A DNA stretch of 64,000 nucleotides, taken from assembly GCA_003427395.1 (NCBI GenBank), contig BFEA01000018.1, positions 2,187,722 to 2,251,721 on the forward strand, given 5' to 3'. Of this stretch, positions 13,601 to 28,100 are shown piece after piece (position 1 is the stretch's first letter; every line of letters starts with the position of its first letter). Origin of the DNA: Chara braunii. Its lineage: Eukaryota > Plantae > Charophyceae. The notes beneath the pieces are model-generated. The model was not told the DNA's origin. It worked only from the letters and a program-made list of their open reading frames with translations, and searched no databases. The position numbers and the translations under genes were made by a program.

Positions 13601-16345
13601 TGGAGGGGAATGCACCGCGGTTTTCTGATATTTTGGCATACGTGACCAGTTTAGGAGATTGACAATAGGTATGGCTTGCCCATTGTGACTATGATATGGT
13701 CATGATACTGAGCGTACGCGATCGTCTTTCAGTGAGGAAGAATTTCATATCCGGACTTGGTGTTGGGCTTACATCAATACCACCGGAGGTAGGAGTTTTC
13801 AACTTGGCACTTATTTCTGGACGGAATTGTGGCCAGATGCAGACAGGTCCGGCCATAAATGCGGTCAGATACATTTTACGATAGTGCTAGTGTGAGTACG
13901 CCCTAGGCTTAGGTGTTCTCACGTTAGGACTTTTTTCGACGAGTTGCCGTGATGGATAGAAAAAGAAAAACCAAGTTATCATGATTGAACTGACCGGCCC
14001 CAGGTAATTCAGAATGATTTTATTCTGGTCATCTGATTGTGGGCGTGGCGGCACGGGACACGGAACGAAAAACGAAACGAGTGGCACTGCATCTTCCTGC
14101 AGAAAATGGCCAGGTTCACGGGTTTGCTATAGATAGTAACGAGTGTATTTTGCCACCTTTCATGGGCAGATGCACTCGTTTCGTTTTCGTTTCGTGTGCT
14201 GTGCGGCGAGACCCTGTATCTGGATGTGAACTTGGGTCTAGCAACTGAGCTTGGGCCCGTTGGTAGTAGATTTCAGGATTTGTTATGGGCGATCTCCCTG
14301 GTTGCACGTGGGCCGTGCCAGCCTTCTTTGGCCCGTTCTCATACTCTGGACATGCACAAAGGACAAAAATAATGGCCGTGTATCGGAAGATTCACTCTCG
14401 TTTTGCACATGTCGAGAGTAGTGCAGCGAGGCCCATTAACGGATGTTTTTTTTTTTTTTTTAATTTTATTTTATAAATGAACCTTCCTTTTCAATTCCAG
14501 AATGCGAGAGTAGTGCAGCAAGGCCCATTAACGTTTTTTTTATCCCTTTTCAATTCCAGAATGAATAAATGAGGCTGGGGTCCTCACAGTCTACCTGGGA
14601 AAAGTTACTTCTGGGAGCATTACCCAGTTTCGCGTACCGGGGAAGTCAGCCAGAGGATCGTTCCTCTGATAAATACTCAAAAATTAGTCTAAAGGCTCAC
14701 CCTAGGCTTAGCCCCTAGCTCGGGGTAGTGGAACTCCAGGGTTCCGTAGTAACCATGGCACTCCCTCCGAACCCATCCTCCCTCTTTCTACTTTCCTCGT
14801 ACTGCGGAGGTAGAACGGAGCACCCAAGGAACAATGGAGGTGACTCATGAGTAGAGTTTGGGCCTTAACTTTTTTCTGAGCTTCAAGGTTTAGTCTTTTT
14901 TTTTTTTGGAAGGGTTTTATGAGATCGAAGAGAAGGGACGCTGGACCCGGTTTCCAGCAAGGGCTACCTCCGGGTTGTTTGTTGAGGATTCCTGGCCTTA
15001 GTGGTCTCTTTTTTTTTTTCTTTTTTTTTTTTGGAAAGATTCAAACTTTATTACAAAGCCAGTAGTCGAGGCGGGGACCTCACAATTCGACCTGGAGTTA
15101 TCCTGGCAGCCTCAGCCAGTTTCGCTTACGAGCCAAGCTCGAAGACCTACCTACTGCTAGAATGCAAGCCTTCACTACACTGCTGGAAACCGGGTCCAGC
15201 GTCCCCTACTGACTCAAAAGGACTTTCCAAAAAAGTTAAACATGAAGCTCCTGAAAAATGCCTGCAACTGCAGACCGAATTTATCAATCCTATGTTCAGT
15301 GGTCTCTTTTGATATATGAAGCTTCAGTTCTTCCCCAAAAAAAAAAAAAAAAAAAAAAAAAAACGAGCACCCAGGTATTTTAACGGATGTTCCGAGTACT
15401 AAGCGGCAAGAGATTTCATGAATTTTCTTGTTCGTCTTCTCTCGACATGAACAAAAGACAAAATAATGGCGGTGTATCTTTCGACGTCCGAGCAGAAGAT
15501 TCACTCTGGTTTTGCACATGATCTCGAGAGTAGTGCAGTGAGGCCCGTTAACGGATGTTCCGAGTAGGCGGGAAGAGATTTCGTGAATTTTCTTGTTTGT
15601 CTTCTTCGACCAGGCAAGCTTACTTACAAGAACCAGAGCCTGAAGAGAGATTATGGGCCCCGCTCCACTACTCACGAAATGTGCAAAATGAGAATGAATG
15701 TTCTGCTACCACATGGTAAGATACACCGCCATATGTTTTGTCGTTAGTGCATGCGGTGAGTAGTGGAGCAAGGAGGCCCTATGTGGTCCACGATTGACAA
15801 TGGATCAGATATGAAACTGATCGGAACAGATAAGATTAATAAATAATACACTTGATTTTGGTCAAAAGGCAGACAGAGGTATTGATTTTGTATGTGTCTT
15901 TCCTTCCCCCTATGAACATTCGTCAATGGAGATTTGGTGATTCTTAAAAAAAAAAAAAAAAAAAAAAAAAGAGATTTGGTGATTGGAATGGGATTTCATA
16001 CGATAGTGAACCGATTGCGTTCATCATTGCTTCAGTTGTCACTTCAGTTGTGCCTTTGTCGTCAGATAAAGCTACAGAATCTGCGTTCATCATCGCTTCA
16101 GTTGTCACTTCAGTTGTGCCTTTGTCGTCAGATACAGCTACGACCAGATTCTGAGCATACTTACACTAGCACTTTTTTGATTGAGCTCTGGACGTAACTG
16201 CGGGCAGATACATTCACGCCAGGGTGTATTTCCGGTCCGATACATTCGGGGAAGTTCTACCCAAGTGCGAGTATGGCCTCTTTTTTTTTTCTTTTTTTTT
16301 TCTTCAGTCGATCCAAAAACAATAAATGTCCTTCGGGACATCCGT

Positions 16346-16377
<32 letters not shown>

Positions 16378-19300
16378 GGCCCCTGCGCAAGGATGACACA
16401 CATAAATAGAGATATGGAAAGAGACACCGCCATTATTTTTGTCTTTTGTGCATGTCGAGAGTCGTGGAGACCCCCGATGGGCCCCGTGGTTAGACCCGCC
16501 GGCCTTGGAGGGTTCTCTGTACACCAGAGCCCAAGTCCCACTTGCAGCGTTGAGTTTCCTCAGCGCCTGAATCTGGATGTGTTTGTGAAGATGTGCGGTT
16601 GAGGAAACTCGATGCCATTTCTGCACATATCCACAAACATGTCCATATTCAGACGTTGAGGAAACCCAACGCTGCTGGTGGGACTTGGCCCTAGTTGCCG
16701 AGCTGGTCTCATAGTAGGAGCGCCCCTCAGCCTGGTCTTCAAAGAATCTAAAAGTCGTTCTGTGAAAAAAAAAAAAAAGCCGTTCTGGAGAATGTTGGTT
16801 TGCCGAGCTCGTCTGCATTGTGTTGAAGTAGGGCCATCGGTCTTGTCAGTGGGATCAGTGATTTCCTTACTCTTTTACCCCTGTTTACCTGAGCTTGATT
16901 ATTTATTGGGAGATTATGTTATTTGGATAGGAGATGGGACGGTGGACCCGATTTCCAGCTCAGGCCTATCTGGGTAATGGCCCCAGCCCAGTCTCTCTGG
17001 GTTCTTTGTGAGGATTCCTGGGGCCAAGTCCCACGTACCCGAATTCTCAATTTCTGACCATAGATTAGGAAGATCAGCAGTCAGAAACCAAGAATCAGCA
17101 TAAGTGGGACTTGACCCCCCCCTCTCTTGGTTTCAACTTGTTAATGAATTGTTGAGTCTTCCAAAAAAAAAGAGATGGAGAAAACTGATTGGGACAGATA
17201 CTACACTTGGTCTTAGCCAAAAGGCCGAGAAAGGTATTATGCCCTCACGTTTCAGGATGTCGTCGTCGTAGAGTGAGTGTGAAGCTCGCCACGGGAGAGG
17301 CGAGGTAGAGGGGAGGTAGAGGGGAGGTAAAGGGAAGGTAGAGGAGAGGTAGAGATTTGGCAACATTAGTAGAGAGTGACCAAAGAAAAGAAATAGGCTA
17401 AAAGCCCAAACTTTGACTGGTTATGAAATGACTGCGAAGAGGATGTAATGCTTCCTTTGGTTGAAAACCGCATCCTCTTTATTTTCCCTCCTCTTTTTTT
17501 TTTCTTTTTTTATGGTCCGATCGACCGCAGACCAGATATGAAACTGATAAGAAACAGGTACATGTGAAGTCAATTCACAATTATTTTATTCTGTTCATCT
17601 GATTGTATCTGGATTCAAACTTGGGTCTGTATTTCAACAGTTCATGGGTGTACCAACTGAGCTAGGCTCATTGGTTGTGGCGGCAATTCTGTCATGGCCT
17701 ACGCGCGCGATTTCACTTTCCTAAAATGTATCTGACTGCAATCATGGCCAGACTTGGATGCAGCTGACGGCAATCATGTACAGAGCTCGGTCAAAAAAGT
17801 CCTTGTGTGATGAGTACGCCTTCAGTGGGGCCTGCTTTTCTGGAAAAGGCTAGGAAAAGCAAAGTGAACCTCGTTTTCGTTTCGTTTCCGCATGAAGTGC
17901 TTTGAATCTCTTACTGCTGTTGTAGATCTGTGGGCTCGAGGGTGGAACAAGTGTCCATTCCATTTAGGTGTTCCTGACCACCAATACTTTTCTCAGGCAA
18001 AGTAGAGAGCACAATCCGACTGAGGGGCCCAGCTGAGGGCACGGTCACACTAGGACTTAGAATCCCAAAACACTAAAAAAATGGTCCTCGGGGCAGTCAC
18101 ACCCCAGTTGTATTCTCCCAAATTCCCTATTCGGGGTACCATTTGTCAGGGGCCTGGGAAGCCGCGGGTTATTAAGGGAATTTGTGGTAACCTCGGGAGG
18201 TTACCGCAAAATCCGTTTCTTTTTCCCAATTGGCATTGCAAAATGAAAGACAAATCGAAGTATACAATTTTGGTGGCTAAACAATTGATAAAGGGCGAAG
18301 TGGCCGCCCTAAAGAGGGGGGGGGGGGGAGAATGAACAGGAAAACATAGACAGGAAATGCGGTCTCGTGGTGTGACTGCAGCACTCGAAGAGGACCCAAA
18401 ATCCAGGCCACAGCGACCTTGTCTTTTGCGATCTGGGGAAGCAGTGTGACTGCCCTCGCCGCTATTTTCCCCAATCAGACATAACCCATTTGTCTCGGTA
18501 TTTCTTACCTTGGAAACCAAGCCAAGTTTGATTCTCAGGGAAGTACTTATGCTTGATTCTTTGTGGACCCCAGGTAGGGTGTCTACGAAAGGCCCATGCA
18601 CGAAGTTGTTGAAATATCCGGAAATCCATACCTTGTCTTTTGCGATCTGGGGAAGCAGTGTGACTGCCCTCGCCACTATTTTCCCCAGTCAGGCATTTCC
18701 GTTGTATAAGAAAAAAATGTGCTTTTTGATATGCAGTGTGAGTGTGCCCTCAGTTGGTACACCCAAGAACTGTTGAAGTACAGACCTGAGTTCAAATCCA
18801 AATGGAACTAGACGAGTGAGGACTCGGAACTAGATGAGTGATCTTCCACAATGAGGTCTACTCGAAACAGAAGCAAATTCAGATGATGAAAACGCGACTT
18901 TGCCTCACTTTCCTATGGGAATGGGAAAGGAGTCAAGGAAAGGGAAGTAATGGACTTACGTGTATCTTTCCCAGCTATTTTTTGGAGATGCGGCTCATTA
19001 ACGGCCACAGCTTCTGTGACCGGGCCGCTGTTGATAAATCTCATTGGTGGCCGTTGTTGTGTTTTGGGCCTCCAAAAGTCTCGGTGAGGGGCCCACGGCC
19101 GATGTGTGGGTGAGGTACTGGTGGTTTAAGGGGTATAGAAAAGAAAGAAGGATAAAAAGGAAAAGAAAAAGAACGAGCCTGGCTCAGTTGGTACACCCAT
19201 GAGCTGTGGAAATATGCACCCGCGCCCCTGCTCCACTTGAGGTTTAGTTCTGGTTTCAGGTATCCATGGGTAGATCTCAAAATCTCGTGGCTGCAGTGTG

Positions 19301-22155
19301 ACTCTGCTTCGAGGGAATTGGCGGTTTAAGGTATAGAGAAGGAAGGAGAAGAAAAAGAACGAAAATAAAAACACCAACGAGCCTAGCTCAGATGGTACAC
19401 CCATGTTTTGTCCAAATGCAGGCCCGCACATGGCCCCACTTGAGGAGGGTTTACTTCTGGTTTCGGGTATCCATGGGTCCCTGCAAGCTGATCGCAAAAT
19501 CTCATGGCTGCAGTGTGACGATGTTGGAAAATATTCGAAACCAGAACTGAACCTCATTAAGTGGGGCACAGCCCCCAGGTTCGAATCCAGTTACAACCAG
19601 ATGAGCAGAATTAAAATAACTTTGAATTGCATGGTGCAGGTCAGTTCACTTATTAAAAAAAAAAAAAAAGTCAAAACAAAGCCAAAATGATGCATTGGCG
19701 GTTCCCTTTATTTGTGGCGCGCACAGGGAATCCGCCTTGGCAAATAGAGCCTCGGAGGTAGTGGTGGTATAAATAATCACATTTTCCTATTCTGTATTGT
19801 TAGAAGAGGATTGCCCAGGGGAAAAAATAAAAATAAAAAATAAAAAATTATTGCCTAGCCCATGTGGCTGAATGGTACACGTGAACTGTTGGTAAACAGA
19901 ACTGAGTTTAAATGCTGACAGAGTCAGGTGACTAACGCTGAATTGGCTGCCCGTGCAGCGGAGAGGCCTAGCTCAGCAGGCAAGGCACACAAGTTGCATT
20001 CAGGAGGTCATGGGTTCAGTTTCCATAGGCCTCCGGTAGGTGCCTGGGCTTGCTTGGTGTGCTACGAGATGCCCAGTTAGCTCCCCAGGCCAACCTTAAC
20101 AGGACTTTGGTGGGGTTGGCCTCAGGTAGGTGCCTGGGCTTGCTTGGTGTGTTACGGGATGCCCCGTTGGCTCCCCAGGCCAACATTAACAGGACTTTGG
20201 TGGGGTTATGTAAAATGGGGTGGAAAGGGGAGGTGCAGCAATTGGCTATAGTGACTGGGTGTATTTGGGTGAAGAAGGTAGCACTGCTGGCGTTCTTACG
20301 CTGGCAACACCTGCCCCGTCCCACATTGGTGTGCTGAGGGGCTTGAAAAGTTATGCTCTCGTGCCAACATTGTGGTGCAAACCCACCAATGTACGGGTTG
20401 ATGGGTGTTCCTCAGTAGTGTCCATGCGGTAGACAGGTGAAGAGAGCAGAAATCAAAGAAGGGAAGAGTGATCGTAGAGTCAGAGAATTGCCCGGCCAGT
20501 TCAATGAAGATTCCTCCAAGCTGTTGCGGCCTCTTTTTTTCTAAAGAAAAGGAAAAGAAATAATTGTGGACGCGGCATGTTATGAAAACCTAAAGGCAAA
20601 AAAAAACACGCGCCGACAAAGAAACCATGCGCCAATGGGCGATTCCGGTCAAAAATATGCGTTTTTTTTTTTTTTCTTTTCCCTAAAGAAAAGGAAAAGA
20701 AATAATGGTGGACGCGGCATGTTATGAAAACCTAAAGGCAAAAGAGAACACGCGCAGGCAAAGGAACCACGCGCCAACGGCTGATTTCGGTCCAAAGTAT
20801 CCGTTGGTTTTTGTTTTTCGTTTTTTTTGTTTTCCCGTCTGCACCACGGCCGACCCCTGTAAATATGACACCTGGTCTGACACCACGGCCATCACATAAA
20901 CGTAGTTACCCAAAAGGAAAAATAAGTGGACGTACTTACCCCAAAGGAAAAATAAGTGGCGTCGCTGGATCACTCGCCTTACCGCTTTTCCTCATGAGCG
21001 GTCCAGCAAGGGCCAAGATCAGGATCTGTTCCTCGACAGGAGTGTGTACCCTATTTAGCCATGATGCATGTAGGTTCCTTATTTGATCTGCCCCTTTTTC
21101 TGCCGGAACAAATATATATTGGCCCGCCTGTGTTTGGAAATCCCTGAGATAGTCCTGTCAGCGTACATCTACCTGCACAATTCACATGGACAGGTGCAGA
21201 TCGTGCATCTTTCTGTGTGCATCGTGCAGGTACATTTGTAGAGGCAGAGTCAGGGGACTTATAAGATGAGCACTTCGTTGTTTTTTTTTTTTTTTTTTTT
21301 TTTTCAGCTAGCATTCCCTTTTCCGTGGGGCTATGGGCCTTGTTCCACTTCTCCCTAGATAGGGAACTCGGTGTGTTCTTACCATTTTTGAAACAGCCTA
21401 AGAATCAATACTTGGGATGCTGGACCCGGTTTCCAGCAGGTGCAGCTCCCCACCAACAGACGGAGCCTTCACCTGAGGGACCACTTGAGGGAGATGCTCT
21501 TATCACTCTCCCAAGTGTCGCCCTCTCCAGAAGTTCAAAAAAAACAAAAAACAAAAAGTCACAGAACCGATGATCTCTCCACCAATCACTAAAAGAGGGA
21601 AATCAGTGCTTCCGACATGCACATGACCAGACACCGCCAATGACACAAACGGATGTGGTTTTGGTGAGTGCTGTGAAGCAGCCCTCAGGAGAGTAGTTTT
21701 GTGGCTTTGCCTGATCTTGCCCAAATATGCGGTATATTGACTCAACGAGCGCCTAGACAGCCCGTCTGCGGGTCACCAAATTGGTGAAGGGTAAAAGACG
21801 AGCCCATCTAGATATTTGGTCTGGACTGGTCTGACACTCACCAATTCAGTGGTGGCTCCATTCGACCCACCAAACTCTGACAGCTGCAGGCGGGAATGGC
21901 TGGAAGTTTGACGAGTCCTCACCAAATGCCATTTCCACTTGTGAATGGGTTTTCCTCTGCCCCCCACCCAAAAAAAAAATTGTGAGTGATGCTTTGAGGC
22001 CCTATGCCTCACCCTTTTCCCTGGGCCTATGTTCCACGAGCAAGGGTTTAGGTTTGAATCCTTAGTTTGGTATAGGCTGAACAACACATGATTGCCATTC
22101 GATCTGACACATCTGGTGGGCAGACCATGAGGGTTTAGAAAAACATCCAAACCCG

Positions 22156-22187
<32 letters not shown>

Positions 22188-25100
22188 CAAAAAATCTAAA
22201 GGCTGCCACGTTCTCAAACTGTCCTTGGTAATGTGTCTAAACAAAGCTGTGGTTGGTGTGTCAGTGGGCCGATCCTCTCTGTACTTCAATCATGATCCTT
22301 GGTCAGACAACTGTCTCTTGTTGGTCATGACTCTGAAGAAAGCTGTAATTAGTGTGCAGCTGTCAGATCCCCTCTGTAGTTCAATTGTCATAGCTGGTCG
22401 GACAACTGTCCTCTTTTGTTTCGAAACGTTATTTTCCCCTTCTCTTTTTCTTGACAGCCTATATTGCTGACGTTCCGATGGCAACCTGTCCATGGCTCCC
22501 ATTCTGCAGTCTATCATGGATGCTGGTTGTGAGAATTGGCCTTCCGGTTAGATATAGAGATATAGATTCTTACTATGCAGACAGACCCTGGGGAGGAATG
22601 GTGTGCTGCTGGTATCATTATGAGATAGCACGTGATTCTGCAGGTGACGGCTGATGCTAAGTGTCCACGCAATTCCATAGGCGACAGATGATGTTAAGTG
22701 TGTGTGTTGGGAGAAGTACCGAAGTAGCCTGCCCGAATTTGGTAATCCTTGAAGAACTCCTGTCAGCGTATACCTGCATGATGCAGATGGGCACGTGCAG
22801 ATCATGTGCCTTTCAGTGTTTGTCATGCAGGTAATTTTTGACAGGTGGGGGATTCCTAAAAGTTAGGGGCTACCCTCGTTCCCCGCCCCTCTCTCTCTCT
22901 CTCTGTTTTCTCTCGTTTCCCCCAAGCCTACATTGTTCTCTGGGTACCACCTCCTGCTAGTGCTATGGCGTGCTATTCCGGTCTGAATCTGATCCTTTTT
23001 CGAACCCAGTTTTTCACAATGCTTGTTTTTTTTGCTGGCAGTTGCTCCGATGCCTTTGTCAAAGTGCATTTTAATGTCTATCCATCCGGGTAAAGTTGTG
23101 CACCTGGCCGTTTGCCTGTCCAGGTGCAGTCTGACAGGAATTTGAGCGATGTAAAGAGGCATGGGAGCAAATATCTTTTCCTAGAAAGAATGTGAACCGA
23201 TGCTGCTGGGAGTTCTTTTTTATTGAACTTTTCAAATCTTAGGAGTCATATGGTAGGGTAGGCAGCGGTTGATGGAGGCTGGGCCCTTTCTTGTCTTGCC
23301 TTTGCTCCTTTTCTTTTCCTTTTCTTTTTGCATTTCCATTCATCAGGTCGTACACACGAATGCCTCGCTCGCTGCAATGCTTGTCTGAAAATGTACTCTG
23401 ATGTCTGCACATACAGGTACAGGCACCTGGACATTCTCCTGTCCGGACATATTCTAACGGGCTCTGTAGGAGATAAGGAAAAGTAAAGAGGCATTAATAC
23501 AGCAAACATCTCTTTGCGAAAAGAATGCACACCTGCCCTGTTGGTTCTCTTTTTTTCCTGTTTGAAGTTTGAACTCATCGGTTAACACGGGGCCAGTACA
23601 GGCTTGGCCTACCGGATCAAAAGGGCTGGCAATGGCCCGTAGGCCTTTGTCCCCCTGATGCTTGGAATGTGAGTGGTGGGAAAAGTTGCTGATTGGGGAA
23701 ACAGAGGGCTGGGATGTATTGGTGGTTCAAAACCCCAGTACATTTGAGCCTCTTTTGTACGAGGGGATTCCCCCTGCGCACCAAGCTTTGCCAAAATGGC
23801 AGCATGGCATTTTTGTTTTTTTCATTTTGGCCGGTGCCACCAGGATTTTGGTGTGGTTGCCCCGACCCTCTGAATTTCTTGGAGAGAGCCTCTGATTGTT
23901 CTCAAGTTGCCTGGGGCCATGTACTGGTGGTTTAAACCACAAGTACAAGACCCCAGCCTTGCAGTTCGAAACCTGTTGCCACAAGAAAACTAGGCCGAAA
24001 CGTCAAACGCTGGGCCCGCAGTTGATAAATTCAATCGGCGGCCACGCTTTCGTTTCGGGCCTCCAGAATTTGAGGTGTCAGACCCACGGCCCAGGTGCCC
24101 ATGCACTGGTTGGTGCTATAGTTTTCATATTGTGTTGCAGTGTGGATGCTATTCCATAGGCTGCACACATTAGGCATACTGTAGCGCAGTGCGGGCTGCT
24201 ATTCCCATAGGCTGCACACATTGGGCCTACTGCTCTTGTGCGGACTGGGTTTGTTAGCAGACTGGGGTTCATTGCTGATCACCATGCTTGAGGACGTAGA
24301 GGAGGTGGTGAGAGGGGCAAGAACACTCTGAATCGCAGCGTTGGGGGCAGGGGGTAGAGGGGGAAGATTAGGCACTTGGGCCTGTTGCAAATCTACAATT
24401 TCCTTCATCGAGTTGTAGAACTTGTCTGCCCTCCTGGCCAATTTGTTCCGCACCTTGAACTTCATCAAAAAGCTTGGCGATCTGGCTGGTATCGTCTTCA
24501 AGAGAGTGGACCCAGGCTAAGGCACCAAAGATGGAGGCTCCTGGCACTGCTCTCTGCTCAGCTCAGGGACAGTCTTTAAGATGGGCTCTTGGGCGATAAG
24601 GTCCGCTCTCTTTCGGTTCTCCTCCTCCTCCTCCTCCCGCTGCAACACTTCCCATAAAAGAATCTATATTCCGGTTTGTCCGCGTCATCACCAACGTCCA
24701 TTTGCTCTTTCCATTGTGCTGCAGTCATTGCCATGCTGGACCCACTGTTAGTAGCAGGCTGGTCAGAGAGGTTCCAATCGGAAAAAGGATTCGATAAGAC
24801 TCTCAAGAGGGGCATTGTTCTCTCTTCTCTCTCACGAGATGTCAATCGCCGTTTGCGGCATGGACTGCCAGGGTCATTTTGAACTTAAATGAAAAGTGGA
24901 CTATATCCCTAACCAACTGAGTTATAGGCCCATACTTGGAAAAACTTGAGATATCGTTATTGAACTGACTGGCTTTAGGTAATTCAGAGTTTGAATTTCA
25001 TTCATCTATTTCTGTCTGCACTCGAACTCAGGTCTCTCCAACAGTGAATGGGTGTACCAACTGTGCTAGGCTGGTTGGTCTTCAGCCCCTTCGGAGTATC

Positions 25101-28100
25101 GCTCCAATGGCCAAGCTGCTGGCTATTTCAGCAGTTCTTGTGTGTAGCAACTGAACTAGCCCTGAGGGTCTCCAGCCCCTTCTAAATATCATTCCAATGG
25201 CCAAGCAGCCTGCATTTCCCAATATCCTGGACTGGGTCAGTTGGTGGTCTTAATGATCCTCATTTTGGTGCCCTGTGTATGTCTGAAACTTCTTCAGTGT
25301 TCTACAGTGAGTAGTGTTCCGAATGGGCTGCATTCTGGCATTATCTCGTCAGACATCTGTCCATGCCTCTGAACTTCTAGAGGGCGGGACCGTGGTATTC
25401 CCTATTTCAGATCCTGGGATGCCTCTTCTTTTCCGGAACCATACAGTTTAGGCCTGTTGCATAGGACTAGTTACCTGTTGGCTTACTGGATAGTGGGATG
25501 TATGATCCCCTGACTTGGATGTGCTTGTGGGCCATTCCTTCCCGGAATGAGCCAATTCGACTATTATCTACTTCTTCTATGTACTTCTACTATCCTTATA
25601 AAATCAGCAAACCGGTCACATGTGATGGGCCCACGCGAGACTCTGCCCTGTGTTGGGAAAGGGTGCGGGACAGGAGCGGGTGCCGCTCGGGAAGTTAGGA
25701 ATCTTTGGGCGGGCAGCCTGTGTGAACATGCGTGTTCGAATTCAAGTACATAGGCTTCATTGGGCGGTGTAGCTACAGCATAGGGCCCCATTCCATACTC
25801 TCCACATGCACAAAAAGACAACATGGCCGTGTACCGTTCCATGCTCTAGCGGAGGATTCAGGGCCCTCGCGCCACCAACATCGAAAATGAAAATTTCGGT
25901 ATCTCCTCATTACCACACAGAGTGTCGAGGCGGATGGTGTGGAAAACCATTGACATCTGTCAAAGAGAAGGATTCGACATGAGTAGAAGACGCCCGCCTG
26001 CTATGGCCCAAAATTTGACACCCCCAGTGGGAGGTAGTGAAACCAGGGCCGTTTTCGACGGCTCAGCGTTGATGGAAGCATGTCTTGTTTGAAATCCCAG
26101 CGTCCGGCCTCGACATCCCTTGCATTCGAATTAGTTGTGTGGCAAAGGCGGGTATTTGTGGAGAAGACCAATGTCAAAAAATGCCAAGGAAGGCCCCCCC
26201 AGTTTGCCACTCGATTGCCTTCCTCCCTCAGCAAATCCCCAGACCTCTCTACAAGGCCTCACACTCCTGCCATTTGCAGGTTACAAGGCAATGCCCCAGC
26301 TTGGCAGTTTGGAGTAGTGGAGTGAGGCACTTTTTTGTCGCCCACTTTTAGGCGTGCTGTTGTGCCGCGCTCCAGTACTCTCCCAATGTGCAAAGTGGCT
26401 CACACAGCTGGCAGGTGTTCGGCGTGAGGGGGCCTCGCTCTCCTCGCCCCACTATTCTCAAAATGTGCAAAAAGGGAATGAATCTTCCGCTAGAATATGG
26501 GAAGATGAACAGCAATGTTTTTCGTTGTTGGTGCATGTAGTGAGTGTAGAGTGGCGAATGAAGGCCGTCGACGCAACTCTCCACATGCATGGTGATTTTG
26601 ATGCGACTCTCTACATGCACGAGACAGGAAAATATAGCGGTGCATCTTTCCATGTTCTAGCGGAGGATTCGTTTTCATTTTGCGCATTTGGAGAGTAGCA
26701 AAGTGGCGAATCAAGGCCGTCAACGCAATTCTCGACATGCATGGTGATTTCGATGCGACTCTCAACATGCACGAGACACGAAAATATAGCGGTNCATCTT
26801 TTCATGTTCTAGCGGAGGATTCGTTTTCATTTTGCGCATTTGGCAGAGCCAGGCCCTGCGTTTGCACTCTCCAAACGTGCAAGATGAAAATGAACCTCCT
26901 GTAGAACATGGAGAAGATACACTGCCATTTTTTTTGTCTTTTGTACATGTGGTGAGTAGTGGAGCGACGCCGTAGTTTCTTTTTTTTATTTTTACTTTTT
27001 GAAGGTCCATGTCATGGTAGAGGGTGGATGCTAGGCCTCAGGAGTTGTCTGTTGTCATACTCAACCAGTGAGGGGATCGGATGGATTGTGACTACCCCAA
27101 GGACAGTCTTGTCCAAGGGGTGTCATTCGTGACCTGTTATATCCTAATCTTATCGCAAGTCGAGCCCTACAGCGGTGCGACCTCTGACCTCGCTATCTAG
27201 ACCTAGACCTACACCAACCGGGCGTCGAAGACACTTCCCCCTGGACGTTACTATAGGGACACCATGAATCTCGAGGACGACCCGGATACAGGAGGGGTCA
27301 CGGACATACATGGTTATTCCCCCCCTGTATCAGATCGTGCAGACGCTATGGGTGGCGAAGCCACCTTTCTACATCCATGCGACAACCCTCCCCCCCCTCT
27401 GTCCAAGATGACACCCTACCTAGAAGCCCTTCCCCAGACTCACGCCCCAGTCGACCCCTTCGTCGGAACTAGACGGACACCAACCTGAATGAAGCACAGG
27501 CCATCATGAGATCAACTTGAAGCCCGCTCGTGGGAATTGTATGTGCCTAACAGCCAACCACTGCCACTAGAGGCTTTTTTTTTTTTTTTTTAATGCATGT
27601 CATCCCTGCTCAGGGCCATGCTAATCTTCACTGTATCGTTCCAATTTTAACGGCTGTCCAAAGGACTTTCCCGACCTTTCCAAGAGAAGCGACATGCACA
27701 ATAAACAAAAATATTGCAGTGTATGAATCCTCTGCTAGAACATGGAAAGATGAATTGTCATTTTTTTTTTGTCTTTTGTCCATGTGGGGAGTTCCACTAC
27801 TGTCCAGATGCGCAAAAGACAAAATTTGAGGTGTAGGAATCCTCTGCTAGAACATGGAAAGATGCATTGTCATTTTTTTTGTCTTCTATGCATGTGGGGA
27901 GTAGTGGAGCGAGGCCCTGTTGCTCACACATAGGGCCTCGCTGCACTACTCTAGACTCTCAAAGTTTCGAGAGTGGGTTGTCGCTGCACTTACTCTCAGG
28001 GCCTCACCACACCACTCTCGAATCTCGAAAATTCGTGAGTCGGGCACGGCCACACAGCATCGCTTGAAAAAAAAACTCGAAACTGTTCGAGAGCTGTCAG

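Noticed and set aside
16328-16417. Functional U6 gene
   Set aside because: The 3' end is replaced by MITE sequence, there is no T-terminator, and I see no USE/TATA promoter upstream.
21780-21920. LINE ORF2 C-terminal CCHC remnant
   Set aside because: Needs several frameshifts and substitutions; not distinguishable from chance by eye.
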